Below are positions 47,302-57,137 of a stretch of 64,000 nt of DNA, piece after piece. The translations under genes were made by a program, and so were the position numbers. Every line of letters starts with the position of its first letter. The stretch's first letter is position 1. Source of the stretch: Candidatus Latescibacterota bacterium (GTDB taxonomy: Bacteria > Latescibacterota > UBA2968); assembly GCA_022823725.1 (NCBI GenBank), contig JAJEHL010000023.1, positions 65,561-129,560 of the forward strand. The letters are read 5' to 3'. The notes beneath the pieces are model-generated. The model worked only from the letters and a program-made list of their open reading frames with translations. It ran no database searches and was not told where the DNA came from.

Positions 47302-48183
47302 ATGATTCCAACTGAAATTTTAAAAAAAGTGAAACGCATTGAGTTGCGCACGCGCAATCTGGTAAATACAATATTTGCCGGCGAATACCATTCGGTATTT
47401 AAAGGCAGGGGCATGGCGTTTGCGGAGGTGCGAGAATATCAGCCCGGCGATGATGTTCGCACAATTGACTGGAATGTGACAGCGCGTATGGGAGATCCCT
47501 TTGTCAAAGTGTTTGATGAGGAACGCGAACTCACCGTGATATTGATGGTGGATGCGAGTGCGTCGGGTGACTTTGGAACAGTGGCGCAAATGAAAGGCGA
47601 GATAGGTGCTGAGATTTGTGCTTTGCTCGCCTTTTCCGCAATTCAGAATAATGATCGTGTGGGACTGATCATTTTTACCGACGAAGTCGAATTATTTATT
47701 CCCCCAAAAAAGGGCAAAAAGCATGTGCTGCGCGTAATTCGAGAGTTGTTGTATTTTCAGCCCTCAGGACGCAGTACAAATATCGATACGGCATTGGAAT
47801 ATTTAAATCGCGTGACCTATCGGCGCAGTGTCGTGTTTCTGGTATCGGATTTTTTTGCTTCTGACTATGAGAAAGCATTGCGCGTTGCCAATCGGCGTCA
47901 TGATCTGGTAGCGATAGCGCTGGAAGATCCCCGGGAGTACGATCTGCCTGCAATTGGTATTGTGGAGTTGGAAGATGCTGAGACAGGCGAAGGTATAATG
48001 GTCGATTTTGGCGATGCAGCAGTGCGCGAGGCATTCCAAAAGCTGACAAAAAAAGAGCGCGATGACCGTGAAGCGTTATTTCGGCGTATAGGCTTAGACG
48101 CCGTAAATATTTCAACTCGTGGAGCGTATCACGAACCGTTGATGCAATTTTTCAGGATGCGGGCAAAAAAAATTAAAGGATAA
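47302..48183 (+). CDS. DUF58-family protein (vWA-like fold; MoxR partner)
   Basis: 293 aa. REYQPGDDVRTIDWNVTAR is the DUF58 signature. Its position directly after MoxR is canonical. Confidence 0.75.
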   Translation: MIPTEILKKVKRIELRTRNLVNTIFAGEYHSVFKGRGMAFAEVREYQPGDDVRTIDWNVTARMGDPFVKVFDEERELTVILMVDASASGDFGTVAQMKGEIGAEICALLAFSAIQNNDRVGLIIFTDEVELFIPPKKGKKHVLRVIRELLYFQPSGRSTNIDTALEYLNRVTYRRSVVFLVSDFFASDYEKALRVANRRHDLVAIALEDPREYDLPAIGIVELEDAETGEGIMVDFGDAAVREAFQKLTKKERDDREALFRRIGLDAVNISTRGAYHEPLMQFFRMRAKKIKG

Positions 48184-48193
48184 GGAGCAAAAC

Positions 48194-49120
48194 GTGATAG
48201 AAGTTGATCGCTTGACAAAGCGATACGGCGCATTTACGGCTGTTGACGACATTTCGTTTCAGGTAGGTAAAGGCGAAATTGTCGGTTTTTTGGGGCCAAA
48301 CGGCGCGGGCAAAACCACGGCCATGCGCGTGCTCACCTGTTTTTTACCCGCTACAGAAGGCACAGCGCGTATTGCCGGCTACGACATCTTTGACAATCCA
48401 TTGGAAGTCAAAAAACGCATTGGATATTTGCCCGAATTGCCTCCCCTATATCGCGATATGCACGTGCGCACATACCTGGAGTTTGTCGCCAAGATCAAGG
48501 GCGTTGCACCAAAAGAATCCAGACGGCGAATTGATGAAGCCATTGCCCAATGCGGGCTTGTGGATCGCACCGAACAACTCATCGGTCATTTATCCAAAGG
48601 ATATCGACAGCGGGTAGGACTTGCACAGGCGATATTGCACGACCCCGAAGTAATCATCATGGACGAGCCGACCTCGGGTCTCGATCCCAATCAGATCATT
48701 GAGGTGCGACAATTGATCCGCGAACTCGCTCAGGAGCGTACGGTAATTTTGAGCACGCATATTTTGCCCGAAGTTGAAATGACCTGCAATCGCGTGATCA
48801 TTATTCACGAAGGCAAAATTGTCGCTGTTGATACCCCTGAAAATCTCACGGCTCATACGCGCGACACAACGCGGTTTTTTGTGCGGATATCCGGCGATGT
48901 AGATATCGCGGCCAAAGCCATAGCCACTATTGACGGAGTTAGCGACGTGACGCGAGCAAATAATGGGCTACATGTCCATTGGCCGGCTGAAGCGGATTTG
49001 AGTGCCGCAGTATCGGCTCGCATTGTCGAATTGGGCATGGGATTGGTGGAAATGAAGCGTGAAGCCATGTCTTTGGAAGAAATTTTTCACGCGCTGACCA
49101 TGCACGAGGAGGAGGTGTGA
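48194..49120 (+). CDS. ABC transporter ATP-binding protein (ABC-2 subfamily; GldA/CcmA-like)
   Basis: 308 aa. GTG start with RBS aaggag. GPNGAGKTT, LSKGYRQRVGLAQA, IIMDEPTSGLD. Confidence 0.85.
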   Translation: MIEVDRLTKRYGAFTAVDDISFQVGKGEIVGFLGPNGAGKTTAMRVLTCFLPATEGTARIAGYDIFDNPLEVKKRIGYLPELPPLYRDMHVRTYLEFVAKIKGVAPKESRRRIDEAIAQCGLVDRTEQLIGHLSKGYRQRVGLAQAILHDPEVIIMDEPTSGLDPNQIIEVRQLIRELAQERTVILSTHILPEVEMTCNRVIIIHEGKIVAVDTPENLTAHTRDTTRFFVRISGDVDIAAKAIATIDGVSDVTRANNGLHVHWPAEADLSAAVSARIVELGMGLVEMKREAMSLEEIFHALTMHEEEV

Positions 49121-49893
49121 TGGGCAATATAATGGCGATTTTTGGCAAAGAGATGCGGTCGTATTTTGGCTCGCCAATTGCTTATGTGATGGCCGGTGTG
49201 TTTTTGCTATTTAGCGGCTTTGTTTTTCGCAATCAGTTGCTCGAATTTCACGATATGTCCGTATATCTGAAATTGGCAGAACGCGAAGAAAAAATTCTAT
49301 TAAATGTCAATACAGAAGTCGTCACGCCATTTTTTGAATTTCAGACTTTTATCTGGATGATTGTGATTCCAATGCTCACGATGCGTCTCTACGCTGAGGA
49401 AAAACGCGGGGGTACGTATGAGTTATTGATGACCTCGCCGATTACTTCAGCACAAATTTTGATAGGAAAATTTCTCGCTTGTTATGTATTGTATTTGCTA
49501 ATCGAAGCAATGGCCTTCGGCTATATTGGCGTGTTATCTATGCACGCGCAATTGGACTGGGGGCCCATTTTTTCCGGCGCGCTGGCTGTGGTGCTGATTG
49601 GCGCCACATTTATCAGCGTGGGCATTTTGGCGTCGTCTTTGACCGAAAATCAGATTATCGCGGCTGTGTTGTCTTTTTTCTTTTTAATTCTATTGTGGAT
49701 TATCGACTGGGCCGCGTGGTTTGCCAGCGACATATTTTTTGTTATTTTAAAATTTCTCTCCCTCATCGAACACACCCGAGACATGATTCACGGTGTTGTC
49801 GATACCCACGACGTGGTATTTTTTATTAGTGCTGCGGCTTTTTTTCTTTTTTTAACACATATAGTGCTCGAATCGCGCAGGTGGCGAGCTTAG
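49117..49893 (+). CDS. ABC-2 family permease (GldF-like)
   Basis: 258 aa, six TM. The conserved MTRL-AEEKRGTYELL motif is present as TMRLYAEEKRGGTYELLMTSP. Its start overlaps the ATPase stop. Confidence 0.7.
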   Translation: MMGNIMAIFGKEMRSYFGSPIAYVMAGVFLLFSGFVFRNQLLEFHDMSVYLKLAEREEKILLNVNTEVVTPFFEFQTFIWMIVIPMLTMRLYAEEKRGGTYELLMTSPITSAQILIGKFLACYVLYLLIEAMAFGYIGVLSMHAQLDWGPIFSGALAVVLIGATFISVGILASSLTENQIIAAVLSFFFLILLWIIDWAAWFASDIFFVILKFLSLIEHTRDMIHGVVDTHDVVFFISAAAFFLFLTHIVLESRRWRA

Positions 49894-49906
49894 GAAGGAC
49901 ACGATT

Positions 49907-50902
49907 ATGAAAATCGGTATTATGGGCATGCACTACGGACATATAAGCGGTATGTTTCACTCGGCGGTCAGCGCGCCAAATGGTGAAATTGTCGGCATTG
50001 TAGAATCCGATGACGCGCTTTGCAAAAAATATACCGCAGACCACAACATCACCCGCTTTGCCACACTTGAGCAGATGCTTGAAAAAGCAAAACCCGACCT
50101 GGTAATTGAGGGTCTCGAACATCACGAAAAAACGCCTGTCATCGAAACGTGTGCCGCAGCTGGTGCCCACATGCTACTCGACAAACCGCTCTGCCGAACG
50201 ACGGAAGAATTACAGCGCATCAAAACTGCTGTAGCAAAAAACAATATTAAACTCTCCACCTTTTTCACCTCTCGCCGTTATGGGGCATTTATCGCATTGA
50301 GACAGGCGATTCAAAACGGCGATTTGGGTGACCTCATAAGCCTCATCACCACCCATCCGCACAAACTCGGCGCAAATCCCCCCGGACTCTACTTCAATGC
50401 AGACAAATATGTGGGTACATTCCACGATTTGGCAGGCCACGGCGTGGATCAAATTCGCTGGCTCACCGGCGCAGAATACACGGGGGTTCACGCGCTCGGC
50501 ACACTCAAGAAACACATCGACACGGGTCTCACATTCGATCACGTCCAGGCTTCGTTTCAACTCGACAATGGCGCACTTGCCACCGCCACTGCCGATTGGC
50601 TCACCCCAAACGATGCGCGATCTTTTGGCGACACGCGATTCATTATTATGGGCACCGAAGGCTCTGCACACTTGCGCGCCTATGCCGACGATCACGTACT
50701 CATTGTCTCCAACAAATCGGGCACTTACGAACCCAAACTCCCTTCCTCGACCAATCAGGCATTTGTTGAAAATATGATCGATGCACTCGCGCGCGGCGAA
50801 GAAAACTCAATCTCAACAGATGATACCCTCGCCGTTGCCAATGCCTGCATTACAGCCGAAGAATCGGCGCGAGAAGGTGGAAAATTTCTATCGATCAGAT
50901 AG
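49907..50902 (+). CDS. Gfo/Idh/MocA family oxidoreductase
   Basis: 331 aa. N-terminal Rossmann KIGIMGMHYGH and an EKP motif LLDKPL. Confidence 0.8.
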   Translation: MKIGIMGMHYGHISGMFHSAVSAPNGEIVGIVESDDALCKKYTADHNITRFATLEQMLEKAKPDLVIEGLEHHEKTPVIETCAAAGAHMLLDKPLCRTTEELQRIKTAVAKNNIKLSTFFTSRRYGAFIALRQAIQNGDLGDLISLITTHPHKLGANPPGLYFNADKYVGTFHDLAGHGVDQIRWLTGAEYTGVHALGTLKKHIDTGLTFDHVQASFQLDNGALATATADWLTPNDARSFGDTRFIIMGTEGSAHLRAYADDHVLIVSNKSGTYEPKLPSSTNQAFVENMIDALARGEENSISTDDTLAVANACITAEESAREGGKFLSIR

Positions 50903-50910
50903 GGATGCAC

Positions 50911-50943
50911 AAAAAAACAGTAGCAGGACATTGCCTGCTACTG
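50911..50943 (-). terminator. Rho-independent terminator for the minus-strand Rieske-fusion gene
   Basis: cagtagcagg-acattg-cctgctactg 10 bp stem. aaaaaaa precedes it on the plus strand, giving a T-run on the minus strand. Confidence 0.5.
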
Positions 50944-50977
50944 CCTGTTCAGCCCTCTGCCTTCACCTGAGCCTTGC

Positions 50978-52825
50978 CTAATTATCATCATCCCGCTCGC
51001 TTAGCAGTTCCCCGCGCTGCAGCCGCTCCGCGTTCTCCGTGGACCACAGAATCCCCTTCATCACCTTCTGGGCGGTAATATACCGGGTCGCCGCGAGAAG
51101 GTGCATGCGTTTCTCCTCCGGATCGTCCGACAGGTCGTAGTGCCGGAACGCCACCTCCAGCACCTGGAACATGTGCAACTCCGCATCCTCGCGCAGCATA
51201 ATGTGGGCCAAAGTCTGCCTGAGTTTCGCGATATCGTACCCTTCCTCCATGTACTGGCTTACCAGCACCTCAGCCTCGAAGACCTTCTGGAAATCCGCAA
51301 ACTCCTGTAGCCGATCCAACATCTCGTCCTCAGACGCGAACGGCTCGTCCAACCGTTGTCCTTCCCTGGGCAGGCGGGCCGCTGGCATGTTGAGCCAGCG
51401 CAAATAGGTCATAAACACAGCGCCGTGGAAAATGCCGCGCAAAAGCTCTTTGCTCGGCGCCAGGTGGAAAGCGCGATAGAGGGCATGGGCGTAAGAGTAA
51501 ATATTTGCCACATCGTGCCAGTCTCCCTCATTCTTGAGGTGGAACCGCGCCGTGCGGATGGCCCCGGCATAGGTCATCGCCCGGCAGATATCCGTGGGCT
51601 TCACACCCTCGCGCAGTTTGTCTTCAATCTCGGCGACAATCGGCTCGAACTCCTCCCCCAGCAGCGTCTGAGTAAAAGCAGAAATATCCAGCGGTGCCTC
51701 ATTCTCCTGGTTCGCTTCCCACATCTCGTCCAGACGAGTGAAAATATCTTCCAGGACCGGCACGCTGTCTTCCCACCGGGCGGTCTCCTCGTGTCGTTCC
51801 CTGCCCACTAAATCTACCACAATCGGTCTCAAAATCTCATTGGCCCCTTCCCAATCTACATAATCTAAGGCCTCGAACATCTTATTCGCGAAATCGAGCG
51901 CGTGACCGTCCCCGGTAAAATAAAAGTCCGTCGCCGTGGTAAAAACGACATCTGCAATCTCTTCTGGTGAATATCCACGGTCGTACATGGTCATCAGAAT
52001 ACGCTGTGCTGCGCTGCTGCTGCGCTGATCTACCAGCCGCCGAAACCAGCGTTTGAGAGTCTCCAGGTCCGGTTCGTCCGATGTTTTGGGCAAAGGGAAA
52101 CCCTGTCGCCGCGAACCTCCTGATGTGCGTCTGGAAATCTGCGTCAGCCCGTGGACCAGGAAAAGATTGTGGTCCTTCTCATCTACATCTCCCCACATAT
52201 TTGCAGCCAGCGTCAAAATAGCCACCCCCGATGACCAACCCTCATTCGATTTATATGCTCCGTAAAAAAGTCCCTGCTGGATCATCTCCTGCGGCGTGGC
52301 GCCCGCAGCCCTTAGCGCGGTAATCGCCTTGGCAATCAGGAGCGAGCTCCGATCTTTCAAACCCTGCTCAAGAATATACTTGCCCCGGTCAATCCGCCGG
52401 CGTCTGGCCGCCTCTTTTTCGCCCGGCGCAAGCCCCACGTACAGACACCCGTCCTCCCGCACCTCCACGGGAAAGCTCTTCAGATCGTTTCCAGCTCCGG
52501 AGGTTATAAAACAGCCGCCCGTCTTAAGGTCGAACTCCCAGTGATGCCAGTGACAGATCAGGACCCCGTCCCGAACACTGCCCTCGGACATCGGATATCC
52601 CATGTGCGGACAGCGGTTATCCACTGCATTGAACCTCCCCTCGTAGCGAAAAACGGCGATGTGGGTGCCCTCCACCGTAAAAGGTTTCCCTTCGCCTTCT
52701 GCAAAATCATCAGCAGAGCACAATTTGTAATACACCAGATTGCTCGGATCCACCTCCGGAGAAACATCCAGGGTCATATCCCCGTCCTTGAGTCGATCCT
52801 GGAAACTTTGAGTAGCGATAGCCAT
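50978..52825 (-). CDS. Rieske [2Fe-2S] domain protein fused to a large (about 470 aa) uncharacterised all-alpha C-terminal domain
   Basis: The N-terminus has CPHMGYP...CHWHHWEF (CxH...CxxH Rieske ligands). The remainder is acidic and helical with no motif I recognise. The ATG at 52825 has RBS ggaggt. The track ORF extends to 52891. Confidence 0.7.
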   Translation of the reverse strand: MAIATQSFQDRLKDGDMTLDVSPEVDPSNLVYYKLCSADDFAEGEGKPFTVEGTHIAVFRYEGRFNAVDNRCPHMGYPMSEGSVRDGVLICHWHHWEFDLKTGGCFITSGAGNDLKSFPVEVREDGCLYVGLAPGEKEAARRRRIDRGKYILEQGLKDRSSLLIAKAITALRAAGATPQEMIQQGLFYGAYKSNEGWSSGVAILTLAANMWGDVDEKDHNLFLVHGLTQISRRTSGGSRRQGFPLPKTSDEPDLETLKRWFRRLVDQRSSSAAQRILMTMYDRGYSPEEIADVVFTTATDFYFTGDGHALDFANKMFEALDYVDWEGANEILRPIVVDLVGRERHEETARWEDSVPVLEDIFTRLDEMWEANQENEAPLDISAFTQTLLGEEFEPIVAEIEDKLREGVKPTDICRAMTYAGAIRTARFHLKNEGDWHDVANIYSYAHALYRAFHLAPSKELLRGIFHGAVFMTYLRWLNMPAARLPREGQRLDEPFASEDEMLDRLQEFADFQKVFEAEVLVSQYMEEGYDIAKLRQTLAHIMLREDAELHMFQVLEVAFRHYDLSDDPEEKRMHLLAATRYITAQKVMKGILWSTENAERLQRGELLSERDDDN

Positions 52826-52894
52826 AACCATACCTCCGCAAAATAGTGGCCTAAATTTACGATTCAATAGAAAATATACTGCAATTGCCATACG

Positions 52895-53050
52895 CGGTCA
52901 ATCCATCAGCCTCTCGCTTCTCATCTGTGGATATCTGCGTCCATCCCTGCTTACACCCGCAGAGCCTGCCCCGTAGTATTTGCCGTATAGAATCATTACG
53001 GCACATGCTTATACGGGGGACATGCCTGCGGATACCTCCCGCCTTTCACT
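52895..53050. repeat. Intergenic modular repeat, copy R4 (full-length with about 30 bp insertion)
   Basis: ...tctcatctgtggatatctgcgtccatccctgcttacacccgcagagcctgccccgtagtatttgccgtatagaatcattacggcacatgcttatacgggggacatgcctgcggatacctcccgcctttcac. Nested palindromes gccgta/tacggc and ccccgta/tacgggg. Confidence 0.6.
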
Positions 53051-53059
53051 CAAAAACAA

Positions 53060-53088
53060 TTGACAGGTGCTCTCCATCGCCTTATTAT
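53060..53088 (+). promoter_or_regulatory. sigma70-like promoter candidate (TTGACA-17-TATTAT) upstream of the ATP-grasp operon
   Basis: A perfect -35 hexamer and a near-consensus -10 at canonical spacing, about 50 bp upstream of the ATG at 53138. Confidence 0.3.
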
Positions 53089-53137
53089 TTTTTTATCTCC
53101 ACATCACATAAGCCATTCTTTTTTGTATGGTGAATAC

Positions 53138-54619
53138 ATGGACTTCTCATCTTATAAACTCGACGGATTTTACGACGAGCTCTTTGAATCTCCGAACAGC
53201 CCCCATCCCGGCGCGCGAGTGCTCCTCGAAAAACTCGGCGAACTCTCCAAAGACGAACTCCAAAAACGCCATCAAGCCGCCGAACTGGCCTTGATGAACA
53301 TGGGCATCACGTTCAACGTATATGGCAGCGAAGCCGGCGTTGAAAAAATTTTTCCCTTCGACATCATTCCACGCATCGTTTCTCATACCGATTGGACGTA
53401 TATCGAAAAGGGCCTCGTACAGCGGATCCAGGCCCTCAACCTGTTTCTCTGTGACATCTACGCCGATCAAAAAATCCTCAAAGACGGCATCATTCCCCGC
53501 TACGTTATCGATACAGCTAAAGAATTCCTAAAACCCTGTGTTGACCTTTCCCCACCCCGAGGCCTGTGGTGTCACATTTCCGGCATTGACCTCGTGCGCG
53601 ATAAAGACGGTCAGTTTTACATCCTCGAAGACAACCTGCGCTGTCCTTCGGGCGTGTCTTATGTGCTTGAAAATCGCGAAGTTCTCAAACGCATATTTCC
53701 GGAAGTATTTGAAGCTTCTCATGTGCGACACGTCGATGACTATCCCGCTCAATTGCTCAACACATTGCGCTCTCTATCTCCTCCCCATGTCACATCACCA
53801 ACGGTCGTTTTACTCACACCAGGCATCTACAACTCGGCCTATTTTGAACATGCCTTTCTCGCCCAACAAATGGGTATCGAATTGGTCGAAGGACGAGACC
53901 TCGTCGTTACCGATGGTACTGTGGCGATGCGTACCACCCGCGGATTCCAGCGCATTGACGTCATTTATCGACGCATTGATGCCGACTTTATAGACCCAAA
54001 AGTCTTTCGCCCCGATTCTATGCTGGGCGTCCCCGGACTCATGGAAGCCTATAAAAAAGGTCAGGTTGCCATTGCAAATGCACCCGGCACAGGTATTGCC
54101 GACGACAAGGTCGTATATGCTTATGTCCCGCAAATCATTAAATATTATCTCAATGAAGACATCCTGCTGCCCAATGTGCCCACTTATGTTTGTTGGGACG
54201 ACAAGCAGCGTGAGCATGTGCTCGAAAACCTGGACACCCTTGTGGTCAAAGCTGCCAACGAGTCGGGCGGATATGGCATGCTCATTGGCGTAAATTCCAC
54301 ACGAGCCGAACGCGAAGACTTTGCCAACCGCATCACCCAAAACCCACGCAATTATATTGCACAGCCCACCATTGCACTCTCGCGAAGCCCTATTCTGGTA
54401 GATGACCACTTTGAAGGTAGGCACGTCGATTTGCGGCCCTATGTTCTATGCAATGGCGAAGATACTTATGTCTTGCCCGGCGGGCTGACGCGCGTGGCCC
54501 TTAAAAAAGGATCTCTGGTGGTCAACTCTTCACAAGGCGGGGGTAGCAAAGACACCTGGGTATTATACGACAGTGACGATCCGTTTGTCCCGTATAGGCA
54601 CCTGTCACAAACGCACTAA
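53138..54619 (+). CDS. Circularly permuted ATP-grasp protein, type 2 (DUF404/DUF407 family), paralog A
   Basis: 494 aa. N-terminal alpha-helical region, then an ATP-grasp core with permuted order. The two paralogs align along their whole lengths (for example [17 protein letters not shown] vs YALENRTAMSRIMPTLF, and [31 protein letters not shown] vs MPGGLTRRSSEFVGPTHTFVHSKDTWII). The ATG at 53138 is the likely start. The track ORF begins at 53060. Confidence 0.8.
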   Translation: MDFSSYKLDGFYDELFESPNSPHPGARVLLEKLGELSKDELQKRHQAAELALMNMGITFNVYGSEAGVEKIFPFDIIPRIVSHTDWTYIEKGLVQRIQALNLFLCDIYADQKILKDGIIPRYVIDTAKEFLKPCVDLSPPRGLWCHISGIDLVRDKDGQFYILEDNLRCPSGVSYVLENREVLKRIFPEVFEASHVRHVDDYPAQLLNTLRSLSPPHVTSPTVVLLTPGIYNSAYFEHAFLAQQMGIELVEGRDLVVTDGTVAMRTTRGFQRIDVIYRRIDADFIDPKVFRPDSMLGVPGLMEAYKKGQVAIANAPGTGIADDKVVYAYVPQIIKYYLNEDILLPNVPTYVCWDDKQREHVLENLDTLVVKAANESGGYGMLIGVNSTRAEREDFANRITQNPRNYIAQPTIALSRSPILVDDHFEGRHVDLRPYVLCNGEDTYVLPGGLTRVALKKGSLVVNSSQGGGSKDTWVLYDSDDPFVPYRHLSQTH

Positions 54620-54634
54620 CGCACGAGCCATATT

Positions 54635-55594
54635 ATGTTAAGTCGAGCTGCAGAATCCATTTACTGGATGAGCCGTTATCTTGAACGCGCCGAAAATGTC
54701 GCCCGCTTTATCGAGGTCAATTGTCACTTGATGCTCGACTTACCCGTTGAAGCCAAAGGGCAATGGGAACCGCTTGTACTCACGACAGGAGATCAACACC
54801 TGTTCTACGAAAACTATGCAACGGACAATCAGGCCAACGTCATCGACTTCCTGACATTTAGTCCAGTAAATCCCAATTCCATTCTCTCCTGCTTGCAAAA
54901 CGCCCGTGAAAATGCGCGTTCTATCCGAGAAATTATTTCAACGGAAATGTGGGAACAGATTAATAAATTCTACTTGCAGGTACAAAACATCGACAAACCT
55001 CAGGCACAGGATGCTCCCCATACCTACTTTACAGATATCATCATGGCCAGTCACCTGTTCACAGGCATTCAGCGCAACACCATGTCTCACAATGAAGCAT
55101 GGCAATTTGCCCAACTGGGTCGGGCATTAGAACGCGCCGATAAAACCTCGCGCATCCTCGATGTCAAATACTTTTTTCTATTGCCCGAAGGTGATGATGT
55201 GGGCACGCTCTATGACAATATCCAGTGGTCGGCATTGCTCAAATCTACCACTGCCCTCGAAATGTATCGCAAGCAATTTGGCCCTATTGAACCCCACAAT
55301 GTGATCAATTTCTTGATCTTAAACCGCGAATTTCCTCGCGCCATTCGATACTGTCTTTTCGAGGCCAATCAATCGTTGCACACCATATCGGGCACACCCG
55401 AAGGCTCTTTCCAAAACCCATCCGAACAAGTGCTGGGTCGCCTGCTCGCCGAACTGGATTACACCAGTATTGATGAAATCATCACGCGGGGTCTGCACGA
55501 ATACCTCGACGCATTTCAAACTCGGCTCAACCAGATTGATAACGCTGTTTTCGAGACCTTCTTTACGATCTCGCCTTCCACCTCAACCGCTTGA
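54635..55594 (+). CDS. Alpha-E domain protein (DUF403)
   Basis: 319 aa. MLSRAAESIYWMSRYLERAENVARFIEV is the characteristic alpha-E N-terminus. All helical. Confidence 0.75.
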   Translation: MLSRAAESIYWMSRYLERAENVARFIEVNCHLMLDLPVEAKGQWEPLVLTTGDQHLFYENYATDNQANVIDFLTFSPVNPNSILSCLQNARENARSIREIISTEMWEQINKFYLQVQNIDKPQAQDAPHTYFTDIIMASHLFTGIQRNTMSHNEAWQFAQLGRALERADKTSRILDVKYFFLLPEGDDVGTLYDNIQWSALLKSTTALEMYRKQFGPIEPHNVINFLILNREFPRAIRYCLFEANQSLHTISGTPEGSFQNPSEQVLGRLLAELDYTSIDEIITRGLHEYLDAFQTRLNQIDNAVFETFFTISPSTSTA

Positions 55595-55595
55595 A

Positions 55596-57137
55596 ATGCC
55601 CAAAACCTCATCTGAAATTGCCGATTCCGTGTTACATCATCACGGAACGGGCATTATGCCCGAAGGGTATGCCATCGAACCCGGTTCTTATGACGAAATG
55701 TGGGACCCCAAAAACGGCGTGCGCGCCCATTGGCATCCCTTTTTTTCTGCCATAGAAAACATGGGCAGCAAAGAACTGGCGCGCCGCCACCGGGAAGCGC
55801 GATTGCTGCTGCGCGAAAACGGAGTTACGTACAACGTACACGGCGACCCCGATGGCTTGCACCGCCCCGGGGAACTCGATCCCATACCTCTGCTACTTCA
55901 GGCCAATGACTGGAACCATATAGCGCGGGGTGTGTCTCAACGCGCCGAATTGCTCAACCTCGTTCTCAAAGACATCTACGGTCCCCAAACACTCATCCGA
56001 GAGGGCAGGTTGCCTTTTGAACTCATCTATAATCACGCTGGTTTTTTGAGGCCCTGCAAAGATGTCTTTCTGCCCGCCGAGCATCAATTGCGCGTCTATG
56101 CCGCCAATCTCGCGCGAGGCCCCGATGGACAGATGTGGGTTTTGTACGACCACACACAGGTGCCTTCGGGCCTGGGATACGCGCTCGAAAACAGAACCGC
56201 GATGTCGCGCATTATGCCCACCTTGTTCAACGACTGCAATGTGCGGTGCCTGGCCGATTTTTTTCGCACCTTTCAGACCGGTCTATCCGAAATTGCTCCT
56301 CACAATATCGAAAACCCCCGGACCGTCGTACTGGCCCCGGGACCTTTTAATGCTACCTATTTCGAACATGCATATCTCTCGGCTTATCTGGGTCATACCC
56401 TTGTGCAAGGCGATGACCTCACCGTGCGCGATGGGCGCGTGTGGCTCAAATCCATCGATAGCTTGCATCCCGTCGATATCATTTTGCGCCACATCAATGA
56501 CGATTTTTGCGACCCATTGGAACTCAGCGAAGAATCGCAACTCGGCGTTGCCGGGCTGCTCAATGCCGCGCGAAATGGGTACGTTGCCATTGCCAATCCC
56601 CTGGGCAGTAGCGTGCTCGAAAATCCGGGCTTGATACCTTTTTTGCCCGGCATTGCGCGACACTTACTGGGCGAAGACCTCATACTGCCCTCGGTGGCCA
56701 CCTGGTGGTGCGGGCAAGCGCGAGAAATGAACTACGTACTCGACCATCTCGACAGTCTGGTTCTCTGTCCAATTGATCAGCAATCCGTTACCCCCCGCGT
56801 TTTCGGTGCCTTGCTCAGCCGCGCCGAGCGCGAAGTCTGGCGCGATCGCATCAGAGCAAATCCCACCCGTTACGCAGGCATGGAACGCGTCAGCTTTGCA
56901 ACAGCGCCTTCTCTGATCAACGGCCATATCGAATCTCGCTACACCACCCTCACAGCCTTTGCTGTCTTCCACCAAAATGCATACTCGGTAATGCCCGGAG
57001 GCCTCACGCGCAGGTCGTCCGAATTTGTCGGCCCTACACATACGTTTGTACACAGCAAGGACACCTGGATAATTGACGATCACCATGCACGCAATACAAG
57101 ACAACTGGCACCCACACACCGAAACTTTGGCGTATGA
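55596..57137 (+). CDS. Circularly permuted ATP-grasp protein, type 2, paralog B
   Basis: 513 aa. The ATG lies 2 nt after the alpha-E stop. It shares conserved blocks with paralog A (NVHGDPDG..., IANPLGSSVLENPGL, PGGLTRR). Confidence 0.8.
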   Translation: MPKTSSEIADSVLHHHGTGIMPEGYAIEPGSYDEMWDPKNGVRAHWHPFFSAIENMGSKELARRHREARLLLRENGVTYNVHGDPDGLHRPGELDPIPLLLQANDWNHIARGVSQRAELLNLVLKDIYGPQTLIREGRLPFELIYNHAGFLRPCKDVFLPAEHQLRVYAANLARGPDGQMWVLYDHTQVPSGLGYALENRTAMSRIMPTLFNDCNVRCLADFFRTFQTGLSEIAPHNIENPRTVVLAPGPFNATYFEHAYLSAYLGHTLVQGDDLTVRDGRVWLKSIDSLHPVDIILRHINDDFCDPLELSEESQLGVAGLLNAARNGYVAIANPLGSSVLENPGLIPFLPGIARHLLGEDLILPSVATWWCGQAREMNYVLDHLDSLVLCPIDQQSVTPRVFGALLSRAEREVWRDRIRANPTRYAGMERVSFATAPSLINGHIESRYTTLTAFAVFHQNAYSVMPGGLTRRSSEFVGPTHTFVHSKDTWIIDDHHARNTRQLAPTHRNFGV

